Source of the DNA: Anthoceros angustus
Lineage: Eukaryota; Plantae; Anthocerotophyta
Assembly (NCBI GenBank): GCA_010909165.1
Contig: MU008241.1
Coordinates: 1-48,759 of the forward strand
Direction: 5' to 3'
Length of the DNA stretch: 48,759 nt
The notes under the pieces are model-generated. The model was not told the origin of the DNA. It was given only the letters and a program-made list of their open reading frames with translations, and searched no databases. A program made the translations under genes and the position numbers. Positions 1 through 12,272 of the stretch are shown piece by piece; the first letter of the stretch is position 1, and every line of letters starts with the position of its first letter.

Positions 1-440
1 TATTCGGCGCTGCCACTTTTTGGCCCCAGAACTCCATAGAATAGTTGAATCGTTGGGCATCTCCTACTTCACGATTTGCAAATGTTGCTCAAAGCGCTCA
101 ACAAATTCATCGGGATCCTTCATACCCCTTCCTTCCCCATACAAGGTAAGGTTGCTTGGTGGTGACCACCACCATGGTGGTGGATGACTATCGTGGCGAT
201 TGATCGGTGGTGACTCGTGACGTGTCCAGATTTCGATGCACACACACGGAAGGAAGGTTAGTTGGCAAGGTTGGGTCAAGGTCCCTTGGCCGTGGTACCC
301 TGTCCGAGACCAGAGATTGGGGATCTTGCTCCAACAAGATCGGACCCCCGAATCCCAGTGAATCTCTTGCCCCCTTCTTCTCCCCAACAAGTGCGACCTC
401 CAATTGAGTTCTCCTCAACTCCCGGTTTGCGACCCTCTTC
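1..440 (-). pseudogene. Ty3/Gypsy 5' leader and gag N-terminal fragment (runs off the window)
   Basis: Minus-strand translation ...LYGEGRGMKDPDEFVERFEQHLQIVK resembles the start of retrotransposon gag (DPxEFxxRFE). It lies directly downstream of the LTR at 459-1465. Confidence 0.6.
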
Positions 441-458
441 AACCTTTCTAGGGCCTGG

Positions 459-1465
459 TGTGGTAGGAGAAAACCACAGGGGCTTAATTCTCTCCTCTAG
501 CTGGCCGTACACTTGTCAGCCTTAAACCCGTGCGTTGGGTTTCGTCCCATGAGACTTGTGTGAAAGTTCGAGGTCTTGTGATGCCGATCGCTACTGCGAG
601 ACACAACTCTCGACCTTCTAAACAAGCAAGGCGCCCTCTACTCTCCCTCTTACGGTGCACCACTTGCCTCGAAAAATCACCAATCCTCGACCTACAGCGA
701 CACAACACAATTCGAGGTCACGCCTTAGCGGTGAGCCTATCACGGGCCAGGGACCCCAGTCCACACACAATTTCGTCCCTACTTCTAAGACCACTCTTCT
801 CCACTCGGGGCGCTCTTTACTTGCAGTTGGGATTCGTCCCTTAGGCTCTGCTGTGGCCTTCCACTAACACCTACACCTCTAATCCTCTACTCATCTTCTC
901 ATCCTCTTCCTCCTATTCTAACCTCGATTCGGGCTTCTTGGCTTACTCGCCCTTGCAGCTGTGCACAGGTCGGCCTCCACAAGTTCTTCCTTGGGCGGTT
1001 GCTATGAGTTTGACACGGGGCGAGAACCTCGAGTCTTTCCTGTAGTCTACCCTCAAGCCGAGTTCACAGGCATTGCCACACACCCAAAGCAAAGCAATTT
1101 CCGCAACCATTCACAAGGGAGCAACTCGTTTAGGCACTTGCGAGCAAGTCCTCCACCAAACACTCAGGCCACACGACTTCCTCTCTGCAGACTGCGTTGG
1201 CTCACGGTAGGCCACGAAATTCCTTTACAAGGGCAAAGGACTCGCAGTATGGAGCGCAAGACATGATACTTTACTTTGTGAAATCCTCCTCCTCTTATAG
1301 GAGGCCTTCATACAACCTCCCTGGGTGACCCTCTGCAGGTCACCTTTTCCAATATTTATCATTTCCTGACATTTAAGACTGGCATCTAAGTCTCTTATGC
1401 GGTCCTTGGTAAATTCTATTCTAGCAACTTCACCTAAGATCATCCTTAAAGGATGTCAGTCTACA
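459..1465 (-). repeat. Gypsy family G LTR, copy 1 (~1.0 kb)
   Basis: Co-linear similarity to 22033-23106 (same strand) and 18281-19280 (opposite strand), e.g. shared CGTTGGGTTTCGTcCCATGAGACT and ATTCTATTCTAGCAACTTCACCTA. It begins TGTAG on the minus strand, preceded by the purine tract GATAGAAAGGATAGG. Confidence 0.8.
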
Positions 1466-2480
1466 TCACCTATCCTTTCTATCATTCCTCTCATCATTTA
1501 TGGTCTTTGACCATATCTAGTCTTCACCCTGCTGGGATAGTGATGCGTTCGTTGCGGATTGGCTCCCTCGCCCTCCTTTTGCTCTTGCCCCTTCCCAGTC
1601 CTTGTCATCTTCCCAATGTGTGGGGCAAGTACAATCTTGCCCCTTCCTTGACCCAGCGGCGCATTCTGTCATTCTCCATTAATCGCTTCCCCAGCGCTCG
1701 GCGCCCTTCCTTCCGCCTCCGCCACACAGTGCGCCCGTTTATCGACACCTACGCGGTAGTCGGACTACGGGGTGGTGACCTACCATGGTAGTCGATCTCT
1801 TTCCCCTCCTTCTTTTCTCCATGGCGATGTCTCTCGGGTGGAATCCTCCTCCTATCCTCTGTTTGATTTGTCCATACCTTGCTTGGAGCATTTTTCACAG
1901 TCTTCTCCCCAATCGGCGATGTCTAACTTCTTGGGCCCTTTTGCAGTCTCTTCTCCCTGGCTCTTCCCTTATCAGGGGTGAGGAACTTCTACCCCCTCCC
2001 CTACAAACGGGTGACCCCATCCTTAGTCTCTTGGTGGGATTGTCTCCCCACCTCCTCTTCTATTCTGCGGGGTGTGTCACTAGGCCCCGCTCCTTCCTCA
2101 CAGCCGGGGCCTCGCGGCGGCTCCCCGCAAGCCCTCGCTTGCGGTTGCCCGATGCTGGCGGACCTAGAGGCAGTTGTCTGAGTGTATGGCGTAGTCTACC
2201 ACGTGGTGGTGGTCACTACAGGTGGTAAGGTCACCCTACATGGTAGGGTGACCCCCTGAGGCGGTGTCCCCCCCTCCTTGCGCTCGCCATCTTCCACCTG
2301 GCCAGCTGCGCTCTTCGCCCTCCTTCTTGGACCTTGAGTCCATGTCGCTTATGGCCTCATCAAAATCAGGCCTCCGGCTGCACACTGCTGCGGCTCCTTC
2401 CTATCATCATCGTGAGGACCCAATGTCCTCCTCTTGGCCGATCGCAACTTCATTGTTGGCCTTCAATATCGGTTATGAAG
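1466..2480 (-). mobile_element. Gypsy family G 3' internal region (PPT, 3' non-coding region, C-terminus of extra ORF)
   Basis: 1466-2260 resembles 23107-23978 and the reverse complement of 17940-18280. 2330-2470 matches 30520-30660 (GAGTCCATGTC...CATCAAAATC...GAGGACC...GTCCTCCTCTT). Confidence 0.7.
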
Positions 2481-2989
2481 ATGGCGCCCAAGCTATGATG
2501 CATTTGGAGATCATCAATCTCCATCCGGACTCTCAGACCCTTGTAGGCATCCCTTGGTTGTAGTCCTCCCACCTTGACATGGAGGTCTTTGATTTCTTCC
2601 GGTGGTTGGCATCTTTTAAGTCGGTAGGCACCTTAAAATCTCCTCTTCCTCATACTGACATCCCTATGAAGTCACTCTTCTTGGTACCACCTCGGGTAGC
2701 AGGGGTGGGCTCTTGTTGCTAGAGCCTCAACGGACCTTGATTGAGGTCGCCGAGAATAAAGTTTTGGTGTATTCACCTTGCATGTAGAAGTGTGTAGAAG
2801 AGTGGATGGCCGAGGCACATAGAGGTAGCCTTCTGGAGGTGGGCCTCGTTCTCAATTCTCCTCCATGTGGGATGGGATTGGTAGTGGGCGCGTTTCGGGA
2901 GGAGTATGTGGATCAAGCGTTGTAGTAAGGGACTTGGGACTAGAGCTTCCTAGCAGGTGAGTCGTTTTCTAGATACTGCGGAGGTAGAG

Positions 2990-3884
2990 CAGGGAGTTTA
3001 AGTAGCGTGCTTGGAGTATGTCGATGTGTTTGCCTTCAAGATTACTAACATGACGAATTCCGGAGCTGCATCATCGGATTGATTTGAAGGAAGGCATCAC
3101 TCTTGTGAAGAGGATCAAACAATAAAGGAACCCATTCCTAGTCGTCAAGGATCAGCTGGACCAATATTTGGGCGATTTCGGTACTCACCGGTGGGTGGTA
3201 ACTCCTATTGTGATCCTGCAGCGGCGAGGAAAGGTTGGTGCCAAGATTTGAGGGAAGCTTGGCGACAAGAGGTTACCACCCCTTACCCTTCATGGGCAGT
3301 GCTGAACCACGGTAGCGGACATGGATATGATTCCTTGGGCCGGATACTGCAGAGTACTGTCGATTTGTTGAAAGGAGGTGGGCAGACAACGTTCGCATTG
3401 GGGCACTTACGCTTATTCAGCTCCCTTTATTGTGTAGTGTCACCTTCCACGTGTAGTAAGCAGCAATATTCGAGACTTCTTACGGAAGTTCATGGAAGTG
3501 TTCTGGATGATTTTTGTGTGTTGGGAGGAACGCATCTAGACCATTGAGGCGTGTTTCACGGAATCGAACATGAAACTTCATCGGGAAGTGTTACTGGTAT
3601 GGCGGAGGCATTTTGTTTGTGTGAGTTTCTCACGGTGCGGATAGTAGGGAGAAAGTAGCAGTTGATAGAGATGGATGCCCCACACACGGTGGAGCCGTCA
3701 CGAGCTTTGTAGGGTTAGTAAGGGTATTATAGGAGGTTTATCAGGACTTGAATGAAAAGCGGTGAAAAGAATAGAATGAGAGCGAGATCCACCCGATTTT
3801 TTTTTTTATCTTTGAGGCGCTCACGGATGAGGAACTACTCGATCCCAAAGGGGCGGGGTCTTGGTATCATCTACTCACCCCAAG
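2990..3884 (+). pseudogene. Gypsy reverse transcriptase and RNase H N-part (frameshifted)
   Basis: Fragments EYVDVFAF, HRIDLKEG, VVTPIVI, HPLPFM, GYYRRFI, RNYS...GLGIIYS. Confidence 0.75.
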
Positions 3885-4131
3885 TGTAAGTGTTAAAGCC
3901 CAATGTACTTAGACTAATACACTTAGTCTAAGTTGGGTGTCGATTAAGTATCATTAGTTTAGCTTAAGCTAATCACTAGGAAGCTTCTTGTGCTCCTTCC
4001 TAGGAGCTTCTTGTGGAGCTTCCCTATTGGAGGTATAAATACCCTCCAAGCCTCATCTCAATGTGAGAGAGCTACTCTTGCCTCCTCTCTCCTCTCCTCT
4101 CCTCTTTCCACCCATCTGCCCACGATCCTTC
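3885..4131 (+). repeat. Copia A 5' LTR
   Basis: TG...CA termini, TATAAATA box near 4034, near-identical to 8746-9006 and to the reverse complement of 41860-42111. Confidence 0.92.
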
Positions 4132-4946
4132 AAGTATCGAGCCATGGTTTGGTTGTGTTGTGATGCTAGAATTTTCTAGGCTGCGGCAGCTGGAGTGCAG
4201 TGATCGAGATCGCGGCGCGGCCGCAACGCGGCGGATGAGGCCGTGGCGAGCGCCGCGATGGCGGCGAGGCCGGGCGAGCGCAGCGGGCCGTGCGCCGGCC
4301 GCGCGGGGGCGCGGGCCGTGAGCGGGCGGCAGCCGCGGAGGCCTGGGCGCGCGAGCGCGGGGCCGGCAGCGCGCGCGCCGCGCGCCGGGCCTTGAGCGCC
4401 CGGCCGCGGCAGCAGCGCGGCGCGGCCGCGCGAGCCAGCGCGTGGCGCCGGCCCGCGAGGCAGCCCGAGCCCGCGCCAGGGCCAGCCCGAGCCGCGCGGC
4501 GCGCGGCCCGCAGCCGCGGCCTGTGGCCGCCCAGCAGCCGCAGCGCCCGCGGCGCGGCGCCGCCCGGCCAGGCCGCGGCGCGCAGCGCCCGCGGCGCGCG
4601 AGGCCGCGCCGAGCGGCGCCGGCGCCCCCAGGCCGTGGCGCCAGCCGGGCCGCGGCCCCGGTGCGCCGAGGCCGGAGCCCCGGCAGGCCTTGGCCGGCGC
4701 GGCGCTGGCCGCGGCCGGCCGGCCGCGAGGCGTGCGGGCGTGGCGGCCGTCGGCCGGTGGCGGCGCGCGGCGGTGGCGTCAGGCGCGATGCCGCGCGCGT
4801 GGCGTGAGCGGCGAGTGGCCGCGAGTGCAGGTGGCGGTGGCGAATTCGCCAAATATACTCGGTGGAATAAGCGCAAAATACAAGACCTTGATTTTTTTTT
4901 CTTCTAACAAGGCGAGTTGAGTGTTTTATCTATCGATTTTTGAGTC

Positions 4947-7900
4947 ATGATGTCTTCATCATCGAAAAGCGTCATGTTCAATATCGAGAAGTTAGATGGT
5001 ACTAACTTCCCGTTGGAAAGAACAAGTGTATAATGTTCTAGTGCGAAAGCGGATCAAGCCCATAAAGTTGTTAGGCGTCAAACCGGATAGTATGACCGGG
5101 ATGAGTGGCGGGACTGGATGAGCTTGCTAGATCTACTATCATGCTAACATTGTCAAAAAGTGTACTTCAATGTGAAAGATAAGACCACGAGTTACTGGCG
5201 GTTGTGTGACTGTGAGAAGCAAAGTGCTTCGGTGTATTGGTTGAAGCAATGGTGGACTTGAAGATGAAGGAAGGGACGAGGATGTCCGATCATCAATGAT
5301 TTCAATACCATTTTCAGCTCTCATCTCAAGGTATCACGTTCCCAGTTGTGAGAGCTATGTTTACATTGGTCACATTACGAGTTGGGACACCTTTAAATGC
5401 TCGAGTAATTACTCAGTGGTCTTACCATTGTAAATGTAGAAGGTAGCACATTGGCGAGGTGAGCAGGAAAAACATGGAACCTTCCAAAGGTTCCGGTGCC
5501 CTCATAGTGAGAGGGAGGTCCACTGCGAAGGGAAGCAACGGATGGAAGCTTCTCTCGTAGCAAATCTCGTAGTCGTAACAAGAATGTGGAGTGTCACTAT
5601 TGTCACAAAGGGTCACTTCAAAGAGTGCGAGAAGTTCAAAAGGACCAAGGAAAAGAGAAGAAGCGGGGACAAGGCGAAATGCATCGAGTTGGAAGAGTTA
5701 AACTACTGTTGAGGACGGAGATGTCCTTATCTCTTCTTACTTGAATCTTGCACAATTAACGTGGATAGTCATTTATTACGCAATTGGATAATTGACTCGG
5801 TGCATCTTTCCATGTTACTCCTAGAGTGGTTTAACGTATGATGCTACAAGGAAAGGATGCGTTAGGCTTGGAAATAACTATGCATGCCGGATCGCAGCGT
5901 GGGTGATGTGCAACTCAAGTTTGACAACGGATCTTCATTCATCTTTGAAGGGCGTTAGGCATGTTCGAAGTTGACAAAGAGCATGATTAGCGCGGGGCGG
6001 TTGGATGATCTTTGGTTACCACGCTGGTTTGGATCACTCTTGGAAGATCTCAAAGGTTCTCTTGTGTTAGCTCGTGGATCGGTGTGGCACTTTGTACTCA
6101 CGTAAACATCAAAAGATCATGTGATCATGTGACAGCAACCAAATGTTTCCTTGTGGCATTGCCGGTTAGGACATATGTCTCAGAAGGGAATGAAGGTTTT
6201 ATCTCGTTCTGGTTATATCCCTGTTCTTAACTTCTCTGATCTCTCGATGTGTGAGCACTGTTTATATGGGAAACAGACAAAATCATCACATCGAACAAGA
6301 GGTAAAGGTAGGAGTAAACCTCTTGAGTTGGTTCACAGTGATGTATGTGGACCTATGCCTACTGCATCATTAGGCGGTGCCTCCTATTTTGTCACTTTCA
6401 TAGATGATTTCTCACGCAAGGTGTGGGTTTATCCTTTGAGGAAAAAGGATGAAGTTCACGGTGTTTGAAATTTGTCACCCTTATGTAGAGAATCGGCCAC
6501 CGATTGAAGTGTCTAAGGGCGAGATAATGGTGGCAGTATGTTTAGCTTTCCAGTCATTCTGATTCCAAGGAATCAAAAGAGAATTTGCGCCGTATACTCC
6601 TCCACAAAATGGTGTGGAGCGGATGAAGCAGAACCATTCGGAGAGGATGCGTAGTTTGTTGTCAAACTCGGATTGCCTAATGGGTTTTGGGCGAGGCGTG
6701 TCTCTGCGATTCATCTTATTGAGATCTCCTAATAAGGTCATTGATGAGCGGTTCGAGGAGCTATGGTCCGGAAAGAAACCATCCTACAAGCATCTGCGAG
6801 TGTTTGGTATGAGGCATCGCCATGTTCCAAAAGAGTTTCGGGACAAGTTGGCACCTAAGTCCAAGAAATGTATTTTTCTTGGCTATGGTGATTCGTGAGA
6901 TGGGATACCGTTTGTGGGATCCGAGGCTAGAAAGGTTGTTCGTACTAACGACGTGTTCTTCAATGAGAACAAGATGCACGAAGCCTACTCCAAGCGTGGA
7001 GGTGCGAAGGGTGATCTTCCAAGAAGATGGACATGATCATCATGGCGGGGTTGATAGCATGTGTAATGTGGGAGCACATTCCTCCACCGATAGATGAACC
7101 AAGAGTCGAACAAGCACCTATAGAGGTGCACAGGGTTCGAGGCGGGATTACGACCTCCGGCGGTATGATCCATCTGGATTATGTTATCTTGTGATTGTGG
7201 GGAACCCTCTTCTTACAAAGAGGCTATGTCAACGAGTAACAAAGAGAAGTGGGAGAAGGCCATGCGATCGATGAATTGCGCATAAGAACCAAACTTGGGA
7301 GTTGGTTCGTTGCCTAAGGATAAGAAGGCACTACGCAAATGGGTGTACAAGATGAAGGTCATACCGCTTGATGGCAAACCAAAGTACAAGGCGATTGGTT
7401 GCTAAGGGTTTCAAGCAACAACCAGGCATTGACTTTGATGAGATTTTCTCACCAGAGTCAAAATGACAACTTTGCGATGTGTTCTTGCTTTGGTTGCCAT
7501 GATATGGAACTTGCGGATGGATGTCAAGACGGCATTCTTGCATGGTGACCTTCAAGAGGGCGTCTACATGCAACGGAAGGTTTTGTTGAGAAGGGCAAAG
7601 AGCATCGGTGTGCGAGTTGAGGAAGAGCCTTTATGGTTTGAAGCAGGCACCGAGTGGTATCACAAGTTCCACTCATTTATGCTTTCTCAAGGCTACAAAG
7701 CGTGGCGATGAGGATCATTGCCTCTATCTGAAGCAAGCTAAGGATCAAAGCTTGCTCATTTTGATCCTCTATGTGGATGATATGCTAATTCTTTGAGCGA
7801 TCTTGATGAGATTTCGTTGAAGTCAAAGTTGAATGCTCACTTTGAAATGAGACTTGGGAGGCGAGCCATATACTTGGCATGCGTATTCGTCGGAACAGAC

Positions 7901-8703
7901 ATAAGCGTCTGCTTTATTTGTCTCAGACGGAATACATTAACAGGGTGCTTCAACGTTTCAACATGGAGAAGGGGAAGCCATTGGGTACTCCATTGCCTCC
8001 ATATGTGAAACTTTCAAGCGCGGATTGCCCAAGCTCTGAGGAGGACAAAGCTGAAATGGAGAAGGTCCCATACTCATCAGCTGTAGGGAGTTTGATGTAT
8101 GCAATGATTGCTACACGTCCTGACATTGCCTTTGCAGTGGGAGTGGTTAGCAGGTTTATGTCAAACCACGCAAGAAGCATTGGGAGGCGATAAAAGGAGT
8201 TATGAGGTATCCGAATGGTACAAAAGCTTTGTGCATATGTTTTGGTAGTGAAGATGCATGTGTGGTTGGGTACAGATCGATTATGCAGGATATGGACAAA
8301 AGGAGGTCCACATCAGTTATGTCTTCACGTGCCTTTGGAGGCGATCTCATGGCGATCTCGTTTGCGATCGTGCATTACGCTATCTACCACGGAGTATGTT
8401 GCGACAGAGGCTTGCAAGGAAGCCATATGGCTTGCTCGTTTAGTGGGAGACTTGGGGATCAAGGTTGAGCTGCCAGTGTTGCATTGTGATAGCCAGAGTG
8501 CTATCCAATTGGCAAAGAATCCAGTGTTTCATGCGAAGACTAAACATGTGGATGTGAAGTATCACTTCATTCGAGAGGTGTTGGACGACAAGAGGGTACA
8601 ACTTGTCAAGGTTCACACCAGCCAGAACCCTGCAGATATTCTTACCAAGGGACTCTCTACGGAGCAATTTGCACAAGCTCGGACACTGATGGGCATGAGG
8701 TAG
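4947..8703 (+). pseudogene. Copia A gag-pol (many frameshifts)
   Basis: FNIEKLDGTNF (gag), zinc-knuckle remnant near 5590, WIIDS(G)A protease, WHCRLGH, LELVHSDVCGP, TPPQNG integrase, MDVKTAFLHG and LYVDDMLI RT, CDSQSAIQLAKNPVFHAKTKH and ADILTK RNase H. Confidence 0.93.
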
Positions 8704-8745
8704 TCCATTCTTCCACGAAGGTAAATTGGCCTTTAAGTGGGAGGT

Positions 8746-9006
8746 TGTAAGGGTATTAAAGCCCAATGTACTTAGACTAATACACTTAGTCTAAGTTAGG
8801 TGTCGATTAAGTATCATTAGTTTAGCTTAAGCTAATCACTAGGAAGCTTCTTGTGCTCCTTCCTAGGGCTTCTTGTGGAGCTTCCTAGGGAATATTGGAG
8901 GTATAAATACCCTCCAAGCCTCATCTCAATGTGAGAGAGCTACTCTTGCCTCCTCCTCTCCTCTCCTCTCCTCTTTCCACCAGCATGGCTGCCCCACGAT
9001 CCTTCA
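8746..9006 (+). repeat. Copia A 3' LTR
   Basis: Follows the PPT; TG...CA; repeat of 3885-4131. Confidence 0.92.
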
Positions 9007-11225
9007 AGAAGTTTAGACACTATTTGCTGGCTTGCAAGGTGACGTTTCATGTTGACCATTTCGCGTTGAAGTACCTTGTGAACAAGCCAGATCTATCGGG
9101 AAGGATAGCCAGGTGGGTGCTCCGCAAGAATTTGATTTCGATGTGGAGACCAGGCCAGGGAAGCAACATCTGAACGCAGACTTCATTTCTCGTCTGAAGA
9201 CCGGAGAACGGCTTGAGGCCACTGATGACCGGTTTCCTGACGAAGAATTGTTGCCACAATGTGTGTTGAGGAAGGAAGGCATGAACGCGTGGCTGAGCAA
9301 CAGACCTTGCTTGCAGCAAAGGGGATCGGAGGGCTAGAAGAGGCGGCGGCAGTGCAGTGGGCGACACAGAGACCCAGGAGCGATGGGGGAGTGCCGGCGT
9401 GACTGCGGAGGAGCCAAAGCCGCGTCCCTAGGGTGAGCAGTCAGGAGGGCTGCAAGTGGAGGCCATGATGGTGGCAAGGAGCGATGGACAAATTGCGGAG
9501 AAATCGCAACTTGGAGGAAGGAGAGGTGGCACACAAAAATGGTGTGCTCAGAAGGTGTGTGCACTAGGGCCTAGGAGCGGGAATGGCTCTATGGCGATGA
9601 GTAAGAAGGAGAATTGTGGAGAAATCACACCTCAAGGCGTCCTTGCAGTGGAGCTGCAAGAAGGAGCATCGACCGGCCATGGGTCGATGGCGGAGATTGC
9701 TGCATAGGACATGCAGCAAGGCGAAGAGGTCGCCGAAAGAACTCGATCTGGACCTGTGCGCGAGGTCGGATCAATAGAAATAGGAGAAGCTGAAGAATTT
9801 TCGCAGGAAGGGCTGGCCGATGAGTTGCAAGACAGGGGCTCCACGACATGGACCAAGCAAGGAGGAAGTGGTTTGGCAAATGGGACGGCAACGTCTGGAA
9901 CTGCCGGTAGGCGAGTTGGCAGGAAGCGACGTGGTATGAATGGAAGGAAGAGACTCGAACGTGAAGGTCGACCATGCCCGAGGTACCTGCTGAACGGCGA
10001 AGTCCGTAAGTTCCTGGAGCATGGAACCATGCTTGATGGTTTGTCCCAAGAGGGGTACGCAGTCTTTCTTCGTAAGGCTGCACTGTATTGTCGAAGGGAA
10101 GGAGTCCTATACAAGCTTGGCCCAGATGAAAAGATCCGGTGTCTGGAGGTCGAAGAAGCTGCGCTCGTCACGGAGGCGCTACATGCAGAAGAGGCCGGTG
10201 GCCACTATTCAGCACAGATAACCGTGAAGAAGATCTTAGGTGCAGGCTTCTGGTGGGCTGCGATGCAAGAGGATGTGTGGGAATTTATTCGAAGGTATGA
10301 CGCGTGTCAGAGGGTTGGGCGGCCTACACTGTCGACACAATGGCCCCTCACCTATATACTACCGCTAGCACCGTTTGAAAAGTGGGGGATAGATTTTGTT
10401 GGACCGATCAAGCCACCCACCCAGTGGACGAGGAAGCAGTACATTCTGGCGGCTACGGACTACTGCATGAAGATGGTGGAAGCGGAGGCGACAAGAAAGG
10501 ACGACGCACCTGCAGTGGCGAAGTTTCTCTTTGAGAACATTATAACGAGGTACGGGTGTCCTTTAGAGTTGGTCAGCGACCAGGGAACTCATTTCCTCAA
10601 CTCCGTCGTTGAGTCTCTAACCACCTACTTCAACATCCGGCATCGAAAGACGACTCCTTACAACCCCAAAGCGAACGGATTAACGGAGAAGATGAATAGG
10701 TTGTTATGCACAATCCTTACCAAGGTAACCGTAACACACATGTACGATTGGGATGCTAAATTACATTAGCGGCTTACAGACTACGGGAAGTGTAACCAGA
10801 AGACCCTTATTACCTGACATATGGCATGTCCCTTGTGATGCCCGTGGAATTCGAAGTAGCTACCTATAGGATTCTGAAGGACGAGCGCATGACTATAGAG
10901 GATAGCCAAGTAGCTAGATTAGAATCTTTCATAGAACAGGAGGAACGTAGGGAAGATGCTTTAGAGGAAACCCAGCAAATTCAAGAGCTTAGAAAAGATA
11001 GGCATGATGGAAGGATGAGAGCGAAGGTGGGGTTATCGTGGCGAGTTTGGATTTCTTCTATCGATAGTCGCTACACGACTTCCCGAAGCTTAGGTTGAGA
11101 TGGATGGGACCTTATGACGTGGTGGCGGTATATGAGAATGGATCTGCAGCGCAGTCTTGGATGGAGATTTCTTGCCGACCAACGGAGTGAATGGGTGGAA
11201 GGTTGAAATACCTTCAACCTGAGTT
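9007..11225 (+). pseudogene. Gypsy RNase H C-part, long linker and integrase
   Basis: KFRHYLL...DHFALKYL...RIARW, RPGKQHLNADFISR, zinc-binding H...GGH...(C)DACQR, FEKWGIDFVGP, SDQGTHF, TPYNPKANGLTE, and a GPY-like motif near 11107. Confidence 0.9.
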
Positions 11226-12272
11226 TTGTTTCTTAGGGGCGCAAAACGTGAGAAGGAGTATGTGGAATGCAAAAGTTTGGGCAACCAACCCAAAAGAGCC
11301 GGAGGAAGAACGAATTTGATTTTTTTTGGCTTAAAACAATTGAAGGGGATCATGCTGGGAATTTTCTGAAATCTTTGAAGCTGGAATTGTAGGATACTGT
11401 TAGGAAGGCAGAGAGGATATCTTGAGGAAAAGAAACGGGTCAAAATGATCCCAATGCGAGGAAGGCAATCCCGGCGAGAAAGCGGTGGTGTGAGACTACC
11501 ACCATAGAGCCACACCACTAGATAAATGTGATGAGGGAAGCCTCGGCCAAAAAGGGAAAATAGGATAGAGGGATATCCACTATATATGCCTACCAATAGG
11601 GGAATAAATGCATAGGATTAATTAGAAGGCAATTAATTAGGGGTTGCAAATAGGACAGAGAAATAGGCAATTTAGGCAGGATTAGGTATTTTAGGATAGT
11701 AAACCAAATCTAGGGTTGAGGAGTCTCCAGGTGGCAGCAATCCAAGGAGGGCAAAGTGCAGTGTGGGCAGCGCCAACTCTCTCTTCGAACCGAGGTATCC
11801 TCACTTGGCAAGAGACGGGTTGGAGTTGGGCGTAAGAAGAAGAAAAGGCTGTCATCGTGGCTGCCATCCGTCGGTTGCAAAGGGAAGACAAGTCTTGCGC
11901 ATGAAAGTGGGGAGAGGAAGCCCTAGCTGTGACCCCGGAGAAGAGAGCGAGGAAAAGGGAGGTGGAGAAGAGTGCAGCTGGAGCGTGAGGCCGTCTTGAG
12001 ACGTTGAGAGGAGGCGAAGGTGGAGCACCGAGCAAGTGGAAGGAGTGGCGCAATTGAGGGAAGGGTCGCAAGGAAGGCGCAAGTAATTTAGACGGTAACC
12101 TCCGTTTGGAAAGCGAAGAGAGAAGAGGGAGTGGGGGCTTAAGCAGGCTAACTCACGATTGTGTTGCTTTCCACCAAGAGGATTTTTGGGCTGAGGCGTT
12201 AGAAGGGCGAGAGAGCTTGCGATTGGAGAGTAATTCCCTTCCTTAGAAGCGCTTGGAAAGTGGAAAGGCGCC

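Larger units (their letters stand above)
3885..9006 (+). mobile_element. Full-length Ty1/Copia element A (Tnt1/Tork-like), nested in Gypsy RNase H
   Basis: Matching LTRs 3885-4131 and 8746-9006 (TGTAAG...CCTTCA). Degenerate tRNA-Met PBS at 4132 (AGTATCGAGCC); PPT AAGTGGGAGG at 8735-8744. Domain order gag-PR-INT-RT-RH. The flanks rejoin as Gypsy GLGIIYS|KKFRHYLL. Imperfect TSD CCAAG/AGAAG. Confidence 0.93.

Noticed and set aside
4166-4920. Long Arg/Ala/Pro-rich ORFs on both strands
   Set aside because: By-product of extreme GC content (few stop codons); no domain features.
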